From a virus (lineage: Duplodnaviria > Caudoviricetes), in the IMG/VR virus record IMGVR_UViG_3300036761_000980, positions 1-55,879 of that record: a stretch of 55,879 bases of DNA; one strand, 5' to 3'. The position numbers and the translations under genes were made by a program. The notes beneath the pieces are model-generated. The model ran no database searches. It saw only the letters and a program-made list of their open reading frames with translations, and was not told where the DNA came from. Below are positions 39,678-50,160 of this stretch, one piece after another. Numbering within the stretch: the stretch's first letter is position 1; each line of letters opens with the position of its first letter.

Positions 39678-42449
39678 ATGGCAAATTACGGAGTAGTTAT
39701 TGATCAAAATGCACCACATCTAGTGGAATTAAAACCTCGAACAGTAGAAGGTGGATATGGATTATTATATAACTGGTATGTAGTAAAAGTGACTCCAGTT
39801 TCTATTGCGCCCGCAGGATGGCATGTGCCAACAATAACAGAACTGCAAACATTATCAACATTTCTGGGTGGAGATGCAATTTCAGGAGGAAAATTAAAAG
39901 AAACGGGTTTGGATCACTGGGATACACCAAATACAGGAGCAGATAATTCCTCAGGATTTACAGCTCTCGGTGCAGGAGCTAGAGATGTTGATGGTACATT
40001 TTGCTGCATTAAAGAGATATTTGGAGTATGGGCATCAACGGAAACAGGAGGTGATGGTGATTGTTTAGCATTACAAAAATATGATGATGCTACTATAATT
40101 ACGACAGTTGCCAAAAAAACTGGTATCTCTATTCGTTTAATTAAAAATAATTCTATCGATCCCGGTACAGTAACAGATATTGATGGTAATGTTTATCCTA
40201 CTGTCAAAATTGGTACTCAGGTATGGATGGCATTAAATTTGAAAGTTACAAAATATAATGATGGGACTTCGATTCCGGAAATTACTGATAATGCTGCATG
40301 GTCAGGAGATACCGCAGGTGCACTATGTGCATATGATAATAACTGGGATTATGTGTGGAATCGTTATCTAATTTATTTATTACCTAACGCTCCCGTGATT
40401 GAAAATCAATCATTTCAGATATACGAAGAACAATCATCTGGAACAACAGTTGGTCATGTTATTTCTACCGATCCAAATAATATTACATACTCAATAACTG
40501 CAGGAAATACTGGAAATGCATTTATAATTAATGCATCAACTGGATATTTAACAACAAATACAGTATTAGATTTTGAAACCCTTAGTGGATATTCATTAAC
40601 AATAGAGGTTGTAAATAATTCATTTCCATCTTTATCAGATACAGCTATTGTTAGTGTTGAAGTATTAAAATTATATCATGTATGCGTCGATAATGGATTA
40701 CATTTCAATGGTTATTCCGAAGATTTAATTGGATTATTAACTGTTGGCGTTGTTCATGCAACAACTGGAACCCTTACAGATTATGTAATAGAATGGCATT
40801 TAAACACTATAAGTGGATCAACTGTATTTATTACTGGCAATAGCGGAAATACGGATCCTTCTATCCAGTCGTTCCACCCAATAAATTCCGAATTAGTTCA
40901 AGCGGGTGAATTATATCCTGTTGTGCGTTATGCTAATGTTAATGGAATATTATATAGTGCTTATTCTAATCTTGGTTATTTATATTCGCCTGATTTATTG
41001 ACTTGTTTACCATCAATTACTGTTGTTTCAATGACTTGTTCAAATGGATCCGCAGGTTTATTTGGACATACTGTTCAATATATAAATACTACGCAACCAA
41101 GTCAACTCGCCAATAGATCATTGACATATGGATTAAATCTTGATAGTTCTTCGAAACAAATAAGTTACCAATTTTATGGATTTGCTATAGCTGACAGAAT
41201 AACTACGTCATATTGTACAACTGGCGGTACGAAAACAGTAATAGATGACTGGGTTGTAGGATTGGATTGCACTGGAAATACGTTTAATTCTTTACCTAAA
41301 TTATACACCAATCAATGGATAAAGAGATCTTTAAGTCTGACTGGATTTACATATCAAAGCGGTGATTATTTATTATTCGATACGTTCCCGTCATATAACG
41401 CTCCTGGAAATACTGATACTAACTGGCGATTAAGTATAAAATGTTTTAGTGGTGATAATTTAATTGATTTTGGATTCCAACCAAATACTGTTAATGATAT
41501 TGATACTGGAGCAACAATGAATTTAGTATGGAATACAGGTAATTGTTCTTATGATTTAACAGTTATAACAGGTGTACCAAGAGTTCCATTATCATATAAT
41601 AGTGATATGTACCATTATACAGAAGCTGGGGCCGGTGGTTCTTACGAGTGGACGACTGGCCAAACTATTTCTGTTCTTCAATATACAGGAAGTTCATTAA
41701 CTTGGGTGCCATATACTGCATATGGTAGTCCTTATTTACTTAATGGTGTATTAAATATAAAATTAACTGGTGGTACTCATAATCTTCTTTATACGTTTAC
41801 AGATGCGATGGATTATAATCATTATAAAACTGGATATACAACAAATATTACAAGTTCTCATTGGACTGATTGGACATCAGATGTAAATAGTTTAAATCAT
41901 TATAAATTTATAAATGATGTATTTAAAGTTTCAATGACAAGTGGTGACACTTTTTATACCTATGGATTATATGTTGATAGCCAATCAGTATTCACATTTG
42001 ATGATGTAAATAAAACAATTTCAATTGCACTTGTTCCTCAAACTGGTGTATATACTGGAGTTGCTTGTGATAAATCATCTGATAATTTTAATTGGATTAT
42101 AACTTATACGAATAATTTATACTCTGGAACAACTTGGGATTTAAATACAATTTGGGGTACTCAAAATCCATTCCCATTTATGTATCTTACTTATTGGCCA
42201 TATGTTTATACGGAAGCAACTATGCAAACATATATGTTTCTTTATAATAACTTATTGGATACAAGCACGCCATTAAGTCCTGAATGGTTCTTATCTTCTG
42301 GAGTTTGGTATTTCTGGAAAGTTTGCCTCAATTTAAAGATTGATAATGTGGTAGATCCATTAAATAATTATAGTGTATATAGTGGATTAAATTCAGATGG
42401 TAGTGTAAGTAGTCCAGTTGTTTGGACATTAATTAAAAGAGTACCGTAA
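39678..42449 (+). CDS. Virion adhesin-like protein: FISUMP (Fibrobacter succinogenes major paralogous) domain + cadherin-like domain + unknown
   Basis: YGLLYNW, P.GWHVPT, GGKLK, SGFTAL, DIDGNVYPTVKIGTQVWMA.NL; cadherin-like YSI..GN...F.I...TG.L.....LDFE...YSLTIEV. Confidence 0.8.
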   Translation: MANYGVVIDQNAPHLVELKPRTVEGGYGLLYNWYVVKVTPVSIAPAGWHVPTITELQTLSTFLGGDAISGGKLKETGLDHWDTPNTGADNSSGFTALGAGARDVDGTFCCIKEIFGVWASTETGGDGDCLALQKYDDATIITTVAKKTGISIRLIKNNSIDPGTVTDIDGNVYPTVKIGTQVWMALNLKVTKYNDGTSIPEITDNAAWSGDTAGALCAYDNNWDYVWNRYLIYLLPNAPVIENQSFQIYEEQSSGTTVGHVISTDPNNITYSITAGNTGNAFIINASTGYLTTNTVLDFETLSGYSLTIEVVNNSFPSLSDTAIVSVEVLKLYHVCVDNGLHFNGYSEDLIGLLTVGVVHATTGTLTDYVIEWHLNTISGSTVFITGNSGNTDPSIQSFHPINSELVQAGELYPVVRYANVNGILYSAYSNLGYLYSPDLLTCLPSITVVSMTCSNGSAGLFGHTVQYINTTQPSQLANRSLTYGLNLDSSSKQISYQFYGFAIADRITTSYCTTGGTKTVIDDWVVGLDCTGNTFNSLPKLYTNQWIKRSLSLTGFTYQSGDYLLFDTFPSYNAPGNTDTNWRLSIKCFSGDNLIDFGFQPNTVNDIDTGATMNLVWNTGNCSYDLTVITGVPRVPLSYNSDMYHYTEAGAGGSYEWTTGQTISVLQYTGSSLTWVPYTAYGSPYLLNGVLNIKLTGGTHNLLYTFTDAMDYNHYKTGYTTNITSSHWTDWTSDVNSLNHYKFINDVFKVSMTSGDTFYTYGLYVDSQSVFTFDDVNKTISIALVPQTGVYTGVACDKSSDNFNWIITYTNNLYSGTTWDLNTIWGTQNPFPFMYLTYWPYVYTEATMQTYMFLYNNLLDTSTPLSPEWFLSSGVWYFWKVCLNLKIDNVVDPLNNYSVYSGLNSDGSVSSPVVWTLIKRVP

Positions 42450-42533
42450 TAGTATTAACTTATTCTGTAATTTGTAAAATCATAATTGATAATTAATTCA
42501 TTTACTATATTTATATATTAGTTATGTTATTAT

Positions 42534-45506
42534 ATGAGTAATGAATTTGTAGCCCGTAATGGTGTAATCATTAAATCAATTGCAACTGGTACAACCGAAA
42601 CTAAGATTTTAGTAGTGGATGATACTGGACTTATGAAATTAAGAACATCAATTTCTTTAGGCGGAACATCTGGAACAAGCGGAACATCTGGAACTTCAGG
42701 TTCAAGTGGTTCATCTGGAACAAGCGGATCGTCTGGTTCATCTGGTACATCTGGCGGTTCTGGTTCTTCAGGTACAAGCGGAACTTCAGGTTCGAGTGGT
42801 TCATCTGGCACAAGCGGATCATCTGGTTCATCTGGCACAAGCGGATCATCTGGTTCATCTGGAACAAGCGGAAGTTCAGGTTCTAGTGGTTCATCTGGAA
42901 CAAGAGGAACATCTGGTAGTTCTGGATCTTCTGGAACTTCTGGAACTAGTGGGACATCTGGTAGTTCTGGATCTTCTGGAACTAGTGGGACATCTGGTAA
43001 TTCTGGATCTTCTGGAACTAGTGGGACGTCTGGTAGTTCTGGATCTTCTGGAACTAGTGGAACATCTGGTAGTTCTGGAACATCACCAACTGGAGGAACT
43101 GGAGGTGATTCACTTTGGTATCTTATACCAGAAACTACTACAATAGCTCCTATAGCTAATGAGTCAATTCAAGTTAAAAATATTACTATTGGAGTAGAAA
43201 GTGATAACATGATTAAAGGTCTGGATTCGGAGACAGGAGGGAATCTTCAAATTTATGGAGGGGATAGTTTAATTGACATAGATGGTAGTAAAGGAGGAGA
43301 TGTTTGGATTGTAGGCGGATCTTCCAGTAATACCACTGGAGAAACAGGAGGAGATGTTTGGATTATAGGTGGATTTTCGCCAAATCCTGATCTATATAAT
43401 AGGTCTAATGTTTTTATAAGTAATGATATAGCGTACCTTCGATTTAAAACTATAGAAAATAATCAGATATGGTTTAGCCCAGGCGGAGAAGGTAGCGGCG
43501 CTGGTCAGAATTTTTATCTTGCAGGGGGAAATAGTGAATCAGATCCCGCAGGCGACATAATAATAAAAGGAGGAGATCAAATAGAAGCAACTACTGGCGG
43601 CCGCGGCGGAAATGTTATTATTTCTGGTGGAACTACTAGCAATGCTGGTGAACTTTATGGTGGAGACATTTATATTATTGGGGGAACGAGAGCAAATTCC
43701 GATATAAATAATAGGTCTAAAGTTTATATTGGTAATGAAAAATGGAGCCTTGAACTTAAAACTATGTATCTACCTGAAGTACTTGGAGATTATGGTGGTG
43801 AAACGATATGGCTTAGCCCAAGAGATCAAGATACGGGTAATACGCTTAATGGATATAGTTTTATACTTCAAGGAGGAAATAATAATAATGATCTAATACC
43901 CGAAATGCTTGATCCTATGGATGCAGGATCTATATTGGTAGTCGGAGGATCTCAAGGAGCAAGTAGTGGAGGTAAAGGTGGAGATGTTATAATTCAAGGC
44001 GGACTCACTACAGCTAGTAGTCCTACTGGAACTTCAGGTGGACATGTTTATATTCAAGGTGGATCTGGTAACACTATTGGAGGACGTGTTTATATTATTG
44101 GAGGCACTACTAATGCTGAAGGGGGATCAGGTTTAGGAGGTGATGTTGTATTTCAGCGTGGATATGGCGTAAGTGTTGGAGGAGAATTTTTATTTGAAAA
44201 TCTACCAGAAGCAACTGAAGGAGATCCTTATGTTGTTTCTTATAATTCATCAAGTGGTAGAATAAGTTATAGAGCAATATCTGGCGTTACTGAATTACTT
44301 TGGTATGAATCAGGTGTAAATTTAATATCTCCTGTAACTGCTTCTAATGGTATTGGTGTTGGTGATGTTCGGATCGGTGGCACTGGCGGAGGTAATCAAA
44401 TTTATGGAATAGAAGGTACTGGCGGTGAACCTGGCGGTAGTTTGATTGTGCATGGAGGAGATGCTTCATCTAGTGGAGCTGGGGGTGGATTCCTTGAGCT
44501 TCGTGCTGGAGATACTTTAATTAATGATCAACTTGATGGTGGATATGTTGAGATTCATGGTGGACATAATAATAATGGTACTGCTGGTACTGGGGGACGT
44601 GTTTATATTACGGGTGGAGGTGTTAGTAGTAGTAATGGATATGGTGGAGATATAATTATTTCACCTGGAATATGTGATAATAATAGTACCCTTAGTATGG
44701 GTGATGTTTTTCTCGGAACTAATCCCAATGATCCCGAAGCCTTTACCATAAAAATAGAGGATTTACCTGATGGACAGGTATTAATAGCATTAGAAGATGA
44801 TTATACACACGATTTTATAATTCGAGGAGCAAACACTTCTGGTAATACTCTAAATGACAATGGAGGTAACTTATATTTACTTGGAGGCGACGAATATACA
44901 ACCAATTCTGGCACTGGAGGTAGAGGTGGTGATGTTTATATTACTGGAGGAACAACAAATAGTCATTTTGCAATAGGTGGAAGTATTAATATTTTTGGTG
45001 GAGATAGTGAAAATGCTATGGGTGGTGATGTTTTTATAGCTGGGGGGCATGGCACTAGTGGTTATGGAAATGTGTATATTGCAAATCCTGTCGATGAAGG
45101 TGGATCATTACCAGTTGATTATGGCACTAATCTTCTTAATGTTTTATATGATGACGAGTCGGGGAAATTATCATATAAACAACCAACCGAACAGGTAGTT
45201 ACTTTTAATACAGGAACAACAACGATTGATTGGACAGTTTCAGAATATGCATATCTCGAACTAACTGATAATGTTTCTCTAATTCTCTTTACTAATCCAA
45301 ATAAAATAGGTGAATATTTCTTAAATATTAAACATATTGGTGACTCTTGGGAAGTAAGTGAATGGGATAGTGACATTTGGTGGCCACAAGGTGTATATCC
45401 CGTATTGTCAGATACCGAAAATGATATTGATCATTTTAGATTTTATTGGAATGGTAGTATTTATCTTGGCCTACTTATGTCTAAGTTTAGATCTATGTTA
45501 ACATAA
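42534..45506 (+). CDS. Second Gly-Ser-Thr fibre protein with GGDVxIxGG repeats (tail fibre-like)
   Basis: ~140 aa GTS/GSS tract, many GG(D/N)(V/I)xIxGG repeats, C-terminal IDW...W....WP.G..P.LS....ID.F.F module typical of fibre tips. Confidence 0.8.
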   Translation: MSNEFVARNGVIIKSIATGTTETKILVVDDTGLMKLRTSISLGGTSGTSGTSGTSGSSGSSGTSGSSGSSGTSGGSGSSGTSGTSGSSGSSGTSGSSGSSGTSGSSGSSGTSGSSGSSGSSGTRGTSGSSGSSGTSGTSGTSGSSGSSGTSGTSGNSGSSGTSGTSGSSGSSGTSGTSGSSGTSPTGGTGGDSLWYLIPETTTIAPIANESIQVKNITIGVESDNMIKGLDSETGGNLQIYGGDSLIDIDGSKGGDVWIVGGSSSNTTGETGGDVWIIGGFSPNPDLYNRSNVFISNDIAYLRFKTIENNQIWFSPGGEGSGAGQNFYLAGGNSESDPAGDIIIKGGDQIEATTGGRGGNVIISGGTTSNAGELYGGDIYIIGGTRANSDINNRSKVYIGNEKWSLELKTMYLPEVLGDYGGETIWLSPRDQDTGNTLNGYSFILQGGNNNNDLIPEMLDPMDAGSILVVGGSQGASSGGKGGDVIIQGGLTTASSPTGTSGGHVYIQGGSGNTIGGRVYIIGGTTNAEGGSGLGGDVVFQRGYGVSVGGEFLFENLPEATEGDPYVVSYNSSSGRISYRAISGVTELLWYESGVNLISPVTASNGIGVGDVRIGGTGGGNQIYGIEGTGGEPGGSLIVHGGDASSSGAGGGFLELRAGDTLINDQLDGGYVEIHGGHNNNGTAGTGGRVYITGGGVSSSNGYGGDIIISPGICDNNSTLSMGDVFLGTNPNDPEAFTIKIEDLPDGQVLIALEDDYTHDFIIRGANTSGNTLNDNGGNLYLLGGDEYTTNSGTGGRGGDVYITGGTTNSHFAIGGSINIFGGDSENAMGGDVFIAGGHGTSGYGNVYIANPVDEGGSLPVDYGTNLLNVLYDDESGKLSYKQPTEQVVTFNTGTTTIDWTVSEYAYLELTDNVSLILFTNPNKIGEYFLNIKHIGDSWEVSEWDSDIWWPQGVYPVLSDTENDIDHFRFYWNGSIYLGLLMSKFRSMLT

Positions 45507-45548
45507 TAACCATTTCTTTTTATAATAATTTTTTCGTATATTTACGAT

Positions 45549-46778
45549 ATGAAAATATTATTAATTCAAAAATTTTCAATTATAGAGCCTCTTGGTTTAA
45601 TGGTTATTGGAAAAGCAATGATGGATGAGGGACACGATGTTCATTATTATCTTTATCATGGAAAAAGAATACCTCTTTATAATATTGATTTAAGAGATTT
45701 TAATTTGGTGGGATTTAGTACATATACAGGTAATCATATTGAAGTATATGAGGCTTGTAAAGAAGCAAAAAAATATGGTGTAATAACAGTAATTGGAGGC
45801 CCACATGCATCTTTTTTCTATAAAGAATGTAAAGAATATGCTGATTATGTATTCAGAGGTGAAAGTGTATTATCTTTTCCAAATATGGATGATAAAAAAA
45901 TCTATCCATTAGTTAATCCTGATTTGTTAATTCCTGATAGAGAAAATTTTTATTATTATTCGCCGATTCATAGAGATAATCGCATAAAAAATATAATGAC
46001 ATCTTTTGGTTGTCCATTTAGTTGTACATATTGTTATAATTCTCTATACAAAGAACTATATCCTGATGGTAAAGTACGATTAAGAACGGTTGACTCGATT
46101 ATTAAAGAAGCAAATTCATTAGATGCAGAATTAATATATTTCCAAGATGATTTTTTTGGATATAATAAGAAATGGTTAAAAGAATTTAATGAAAAATGGG
46201 GTAAAAGGCCATATCATGCCCAAATGAGAATTGAAACTCTTGATGATGAGAAACTTGATTTATTGATTGATAGTGGGTGCGTTGGTGCCACAATTGCAAT
46301 TGAAACATATGACGAAGAATATAGAGAAAAGGTATTAAAAAGAAAAATGCGAAATGATGTAATTCTTGTAAATTGTAGAAGATTATTGGACGCAGGAATA
46401 AAATTAAGAACAGAACAAATGCTCGGACTTCCAAATACAACATTTGAAGATGAATTAAATTTATTAAAATTAAATTGTCATATTAATCCAACAATTGCGT
46501 GGACAAGTATATTTCAACCATATCGTGGTACAGAATTAGGGGAATATTGCGTTAATAATAATTTATACAACGGAAATAATGAAGATGTTGATGATTCATT
46601 TTTTAAAAATACTGTACTAAATTACCCTAAAGAACGGAAAGAAGAAATAGTAAAATTACAACAAATATTTGCTTTATGCTCGCATATACCAAATGGATGG
46701 GAATATGCCGACCAAATAATAAAACATAATAACGATAATTTAAAAGAACACTTATATTCAATATTGTATAGAACATGA
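45549..46778 (+). CDS. B12-binding radical SAM enzyme (class B methyltransferase-like)
   Basis: EPLGL, VGFS, GGPHA, GE cobalamin-binding domain; GCPFSCTYC CxxxCxxC; FQDD.F. Confidence 0.9.
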   Translation: MKILLIQKFSIIEPLGLMVIGKAMMDEGHDVHYYLYHGKRIPLYNIDLRDFNLVGFSTYTGNHIEVYEACKEAKKYGVITVIGGPHASFFYKECKEYADYVFRGESVLSFPNMDDKKIYPLVNPDLLIPDRENFYYYSPIHRDNRIKNIMTSFGCPFSCTYCYNSLYKELYPDGKVRLRTVDSIIKEANSLDAELIYFQDDFFGYNKKWLKEFNEKWGKRPYHAQMRIETLDDEKLDLLIDSGCVGATIAIETYDEEYREKVLKRKMRNDVILVNCRRLLDAGIKLRTEQMLGLPNTTFEDELNLLKLNCHINPTIAWTSIFQPYRGTELGEYCVNNNLYNGNNEDVDDSFFKNTVLNYPKERKEEIVKLQQIFALCSHIPNGWEYADQIIKHNNDNLKEHLYSILYRT

Positions 46779-49501
46779 AAATATTAGCGCATTGTTCATT
46801 TATAGGCACAACAGGATATGCTAACCACACTAGATCATTTTTTTGTGCATTAAACAAATATCATACTGTTAAAGTACGAAATTTAACTATTGGCAATGGA
46901 TGGAAAGGAATGAACAACACCCCGCACGACGATGAACCATATATTACAAAGGAAATGAAGGATATGTTAATTCTTCAAACTCTTTTCAATAATGATAAGT
47001 CCAGAACGGATTATCCGATGTATGATTATAAGGGTGATTTTAAACCTGATGTACATATCATATTACAAGATATGGATAATTATTATTTTTATGAAAATTA
47101 TGACGGATACAAAATAGGATTTTGTGTTTATGAATCAACAAGATATCCTGATCATTTTTTTCAGCGTTTATCATATTTTGACGAAATGTATGTTCCAACG
47201 CAATGGCAATTTGATTCTCTGGTTGAACAAGGATATCCCATTGAGAAGATTAAAATTGTTACCGAAGGTGTAGATATCGATGTGTTTAAACCTGCAAAAA
47301 AAATTATTAAAAAAGATAAATTTAGATTTTTATTATTTGGTAGATGGGATTATAGAAAATCAACAACTGAAATTATTAAAGCGTTTGGAGAAACATTTAA
47401 AGGTAATAATAATGTAGAACTTGTTTGTTCTGTTGAAAACCCATATCCAAGTGATGAAACACGATCTACCGCCGATAGAATTAAAAAATATAATGTTGAT
47501 TATGATAACATAAAATTTCTTGATTTTGTAAGTAGAAAAGAATATGTTGATTATTTGCAGCAAGGAGATGTTTTTGTTTCATGTGCGAGGAGTGAAGGAT
47601 GGGGATTACCTCTTTGTGAATCAATGAGTTGTGGTACTCCATCAATTTATTCAAATTGGGGAGCACAACTTCAATTTGCCAGAGATAAAGGTATTCCTGT
47701 TAAAATTTCACATATTAGACCCGCAAATATTGGTGATAAAGAAGTTGGCGGCGAATATTGTGAGCCAGATTTTGAAGATCTAGTTGTTCAAATGAAAAAC
47801 GCATATGAGAATTATAATGATTATAAAAAGAAAAGTTTAGAAGAATCAACATTAATACATAATGAATTTAATTGGGATAAAGTTGCAAAAGACGCTTCTA
47901 AAATCTTAGAAAAAAAAACCGATCCGTTTATTTTTGTTACAGCGGGAAATTTAGAATATATGCCGACGATTGAAAAATTAGTGGAATCCCTGAATGAATT
48001 TTCTAAAAATAAGGTTTTAGTATATGGAGTGGATTGTGATGTTCCATTCGAGTCGCCAAATATGATTAAACGAAGAATAAACCCATCTAAACACTCCAAA
48101 TATGATAGATGGTACTGGAAGCAGTATGCGTGTATCGAGTCATTAAATGAGAACTATGATCGTTTTATGTGGATCGATGGGGATGTTGTTGTAAATTATA
48201 ATATCGATACTATTGAGAAATATTTTCCACAAATTGAAAATTATCCATTATCCGATATTCATATACCAGAAGAATTTTCAGGATATTATATAGATGAAAA
48301 TAATAATAATAAAAACCAATTATTTAATGAAAATCTATGTAAATTATGGAATATAAACATTTCAAAGCCATATATGCATATCTGTATGTTTATTTATAAT
48401 AAAAATTGTAAATGGTGGTTTAATGAAATAATCAAGGAATACTTGACAGTTGATTTAAAATTATATGAAACATATTTCCTATGGAACGATGAGAGCATTG
48501 ATAATGGATTAAGGTGGAAATATGGATTTAAAAAACATCTTCCGTTATCTAATTTTGACACATCAGGGTATGATGGCGATGATGGATTTACTAAAGGAGT
48601 AATAAATGATTTTTATAAATTTTGGAACGAACCTGGCCCTCAAAATTTTGATAAAGTTTATGGATATAAATTTATTCCCAAGGATAAAGATCAAATAATT
48701 TATTTTCATGGGAATAAAGATCGTGAAGTTTCAGATAAAATGATTGAATTTATTAAATTTAAAAGAGATAATAATTTCTATCAATCTGAATATTTCTATA
48801 CCGATATTTATAACCTTAAAAATCTTGGAGAAATTAAAGATTTTGAAGGCGGCACAATGGATATTGCAAATAAATGTGGATGGGATTATGCGGTTTATCA
48901 TGAAATATATAATTTAAGGGATTATTACCTCAATCGAGAGAAAAGAATACGCGATGGTGATATTGTTGTTGATTTAGGCGGTAATATCGGTGTATTCACC
49001 AGATGGGCGTATAAAGAGGGGGCGAGTAAGGTAATTACATTTGAGCCCGATAAAAGATATTTTGAATTACTTCAATTAAACTCCGATCCTCGCACTGTAT
49101 TATTTAATGCCGCAATGAGTGATTCAATTGGTACAACCACATTATATGAAAGTGATCATCTTGGAGGATCAAATATTTTAGGGATACTAAATTGTACAAG
49201 AAGTTATAGTGTTAGAACATATACATTAGATTATCTATTTGAAACAGAATTAATTAATAAAATAGATTTTTTAAAAGTTGATATTGAAGGCGCCGAACAT
49301 CAGGTTTTTAAGGGAATATCGGATGAAAATTTAATGAAGATAAAAGCAATAGGAATGGAATATCATAATTGGGGCGGCGTCGATTATACGGAGGAACAAA
49401 GAACAGAGTTTATTAAAAGATTGAATAAATTAGGATTTAATTCACATATTTTATTTCTGGGATCAAATAATGTGCTACAAATGTTATATTTTTGGAGATG
49501 A
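46775..49501 (+). CDS. Three-domain fusion: GT4-like glycosyltransferase + GT-A-like (DxD) domain + FkbM methyltransferase
   Basis: TGYA, GRWDYRK, RSEGWGLPLCESMSCG.P; WKQ...WIDGD.V, YFHGNK; VVDLGGNIG, FEP, LKVDIEGAE. Confidence 0.88.
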   Translation: MKILAHCSFIGTTGYANHTRSFFCALNKYHTVKVRNLTIGNGWKGMNNTPHDDEPYITKEMKDMLILQTLFNNDKSRTDYPMYDYKGDFKPDVHIILQDMDNYYFYENYDGYKIGFCVYESTRYPDHFFQRLSYFDEMYVPTQWQFDSLVEQGYPIEKIKIVTEGVDIDVFKPAKKIIKKDKFRFLLFGRWDYRKSTTEIIKAFGETFKGNNNVELVCSVENPYPSDETRSTADRIKKYNVDYDNIKFLDFVSRKEYVDYLQQGDVFVSCARSEGWGLPLCESMSCGTPSIYSNWGAQLQFARDKGIPVKISHIRPANIGDKEVGGEYCEPDFEDLVVQMKNAYENYNDYKKKSLEESTLIHNEFNWDKVAKDASKILEKKTDPFIFVTAGNLEYMPTIEKLVESLNEFSKNKVLVYGVDCDVPFESPNMIKRRINPSKHSKYDRWYWKQYACIESLNENYDRFMWIDGDVVVNYNIDTIEKYFPQIENYPLSDIHIPEEFSGYYIDENNNNKNQLFNENLCKLWNINISKPYMHICMFIYNKNCKWWFNEIIKEYLTVDLKLYETYFLWNDESIDNGLRWKYGFKKHLPLSNFDTSGYDGDDGFTKGVINDFYKFWNEPGPQNFDKVYGYKFIPKDKDQIIYFHGNKDREVSDKMIEFIKFKRDNNFYQSEYFYTDIYNLKNLGEIKDFEGGTMDIANKCGWDYAVYHEIYNLRDYYLNREKRIRDGDIVVDLGGNIGVFTRWAYKEGASKVITFEPDKRYFELLQLNSDPRTVLFNAAMSDSIGTTTLYESDHLGGSNILGILNCTRSYSVRTYTLDYLFETELINKIDFLKVDIEGAEHQVFKGISDENLMKIKAIGMEYHNWGGVDYTEEQRTEFIKRLNKLGFNSHILFLGSNNVLQMLYFWR

Positions 49502-50160
49502 GTACACTGGATATAATAGCAAATTCATATGGAACAGATAAATCTTCCTATATGCACAATTATTGTGTTAAATATGAAAAATATTTACCATTTAATAGAT
49601 ATGATAATTTAAAAATATTAGAAATTGGAGTATTCCGAGGAGAATCATTAAGAACATGGAAAGATTATTTTTATCGTTCACAAATTATCGGTATTGACAT
49701 ATTACCCGAATGTAAGAACTACAAAGAAGATAGAATTAATATTGAAATTGGATCACAAATAGATGGTAATTTTTTAACTGAAGTTTCAAAAAAACACGGG
49801 CCATTTGATATGATATTAGATGATGGATCACATATGAATTCACATGTAATATACTCATTTGAACATTTATTTCCATCAATTACAACTGGCGGAGTTTATA
49901 TTATTGAAGATTGTACCACATCATATTGGAGTGATTTTGAAGGAGGATATTTGAAAGAAGGAACATCAATGGAATATTTTAAAAAATTAACCGATGATAT
50001 AAATTTTAGAGGATTACAATATGATGTAAACGGAAAGTTTCATCGGTACAGAAAAGAATTGGATCTTATTCCACTTTCACAAGAGCAACAACCATCCTGT
50101 AGAGTAGACATAGAATCAATAATTTTTTTAAACGGAATAATCATAATAACAAAACGATAA
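49498..50160 (+). CDS. Class I SAM-dependent (sugar) O-methyltransferase, MycE/TylE-like
   Basis: YGTDK...H.Y...Y, ILEIGV..GESL..W..YF, GIDI, DMILDDGSH, GGVYIIED. ATG 49498 gives an ATGA overlap. Confidence 0.85.
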   Translation: MSTLDIIANSYGTDKSSYMHNYCVKYEKYLPFNRYDNLKILEIGVFRGESLRTWKDYFYRSQIIGIDILPECKNYKEDRINIEIGSQIDGNFLTEVSKKHGPFDMILDDGSHMNSHVIYSFEHLFPSITTGGVYIIEDCTTSYWSDFEGGYLKEGTSMEYFKKLTDDINFRGLQYDVNGKFHRYRKELDLIPLSQEQQPSCRVDIESIIFLNGIIIITKR

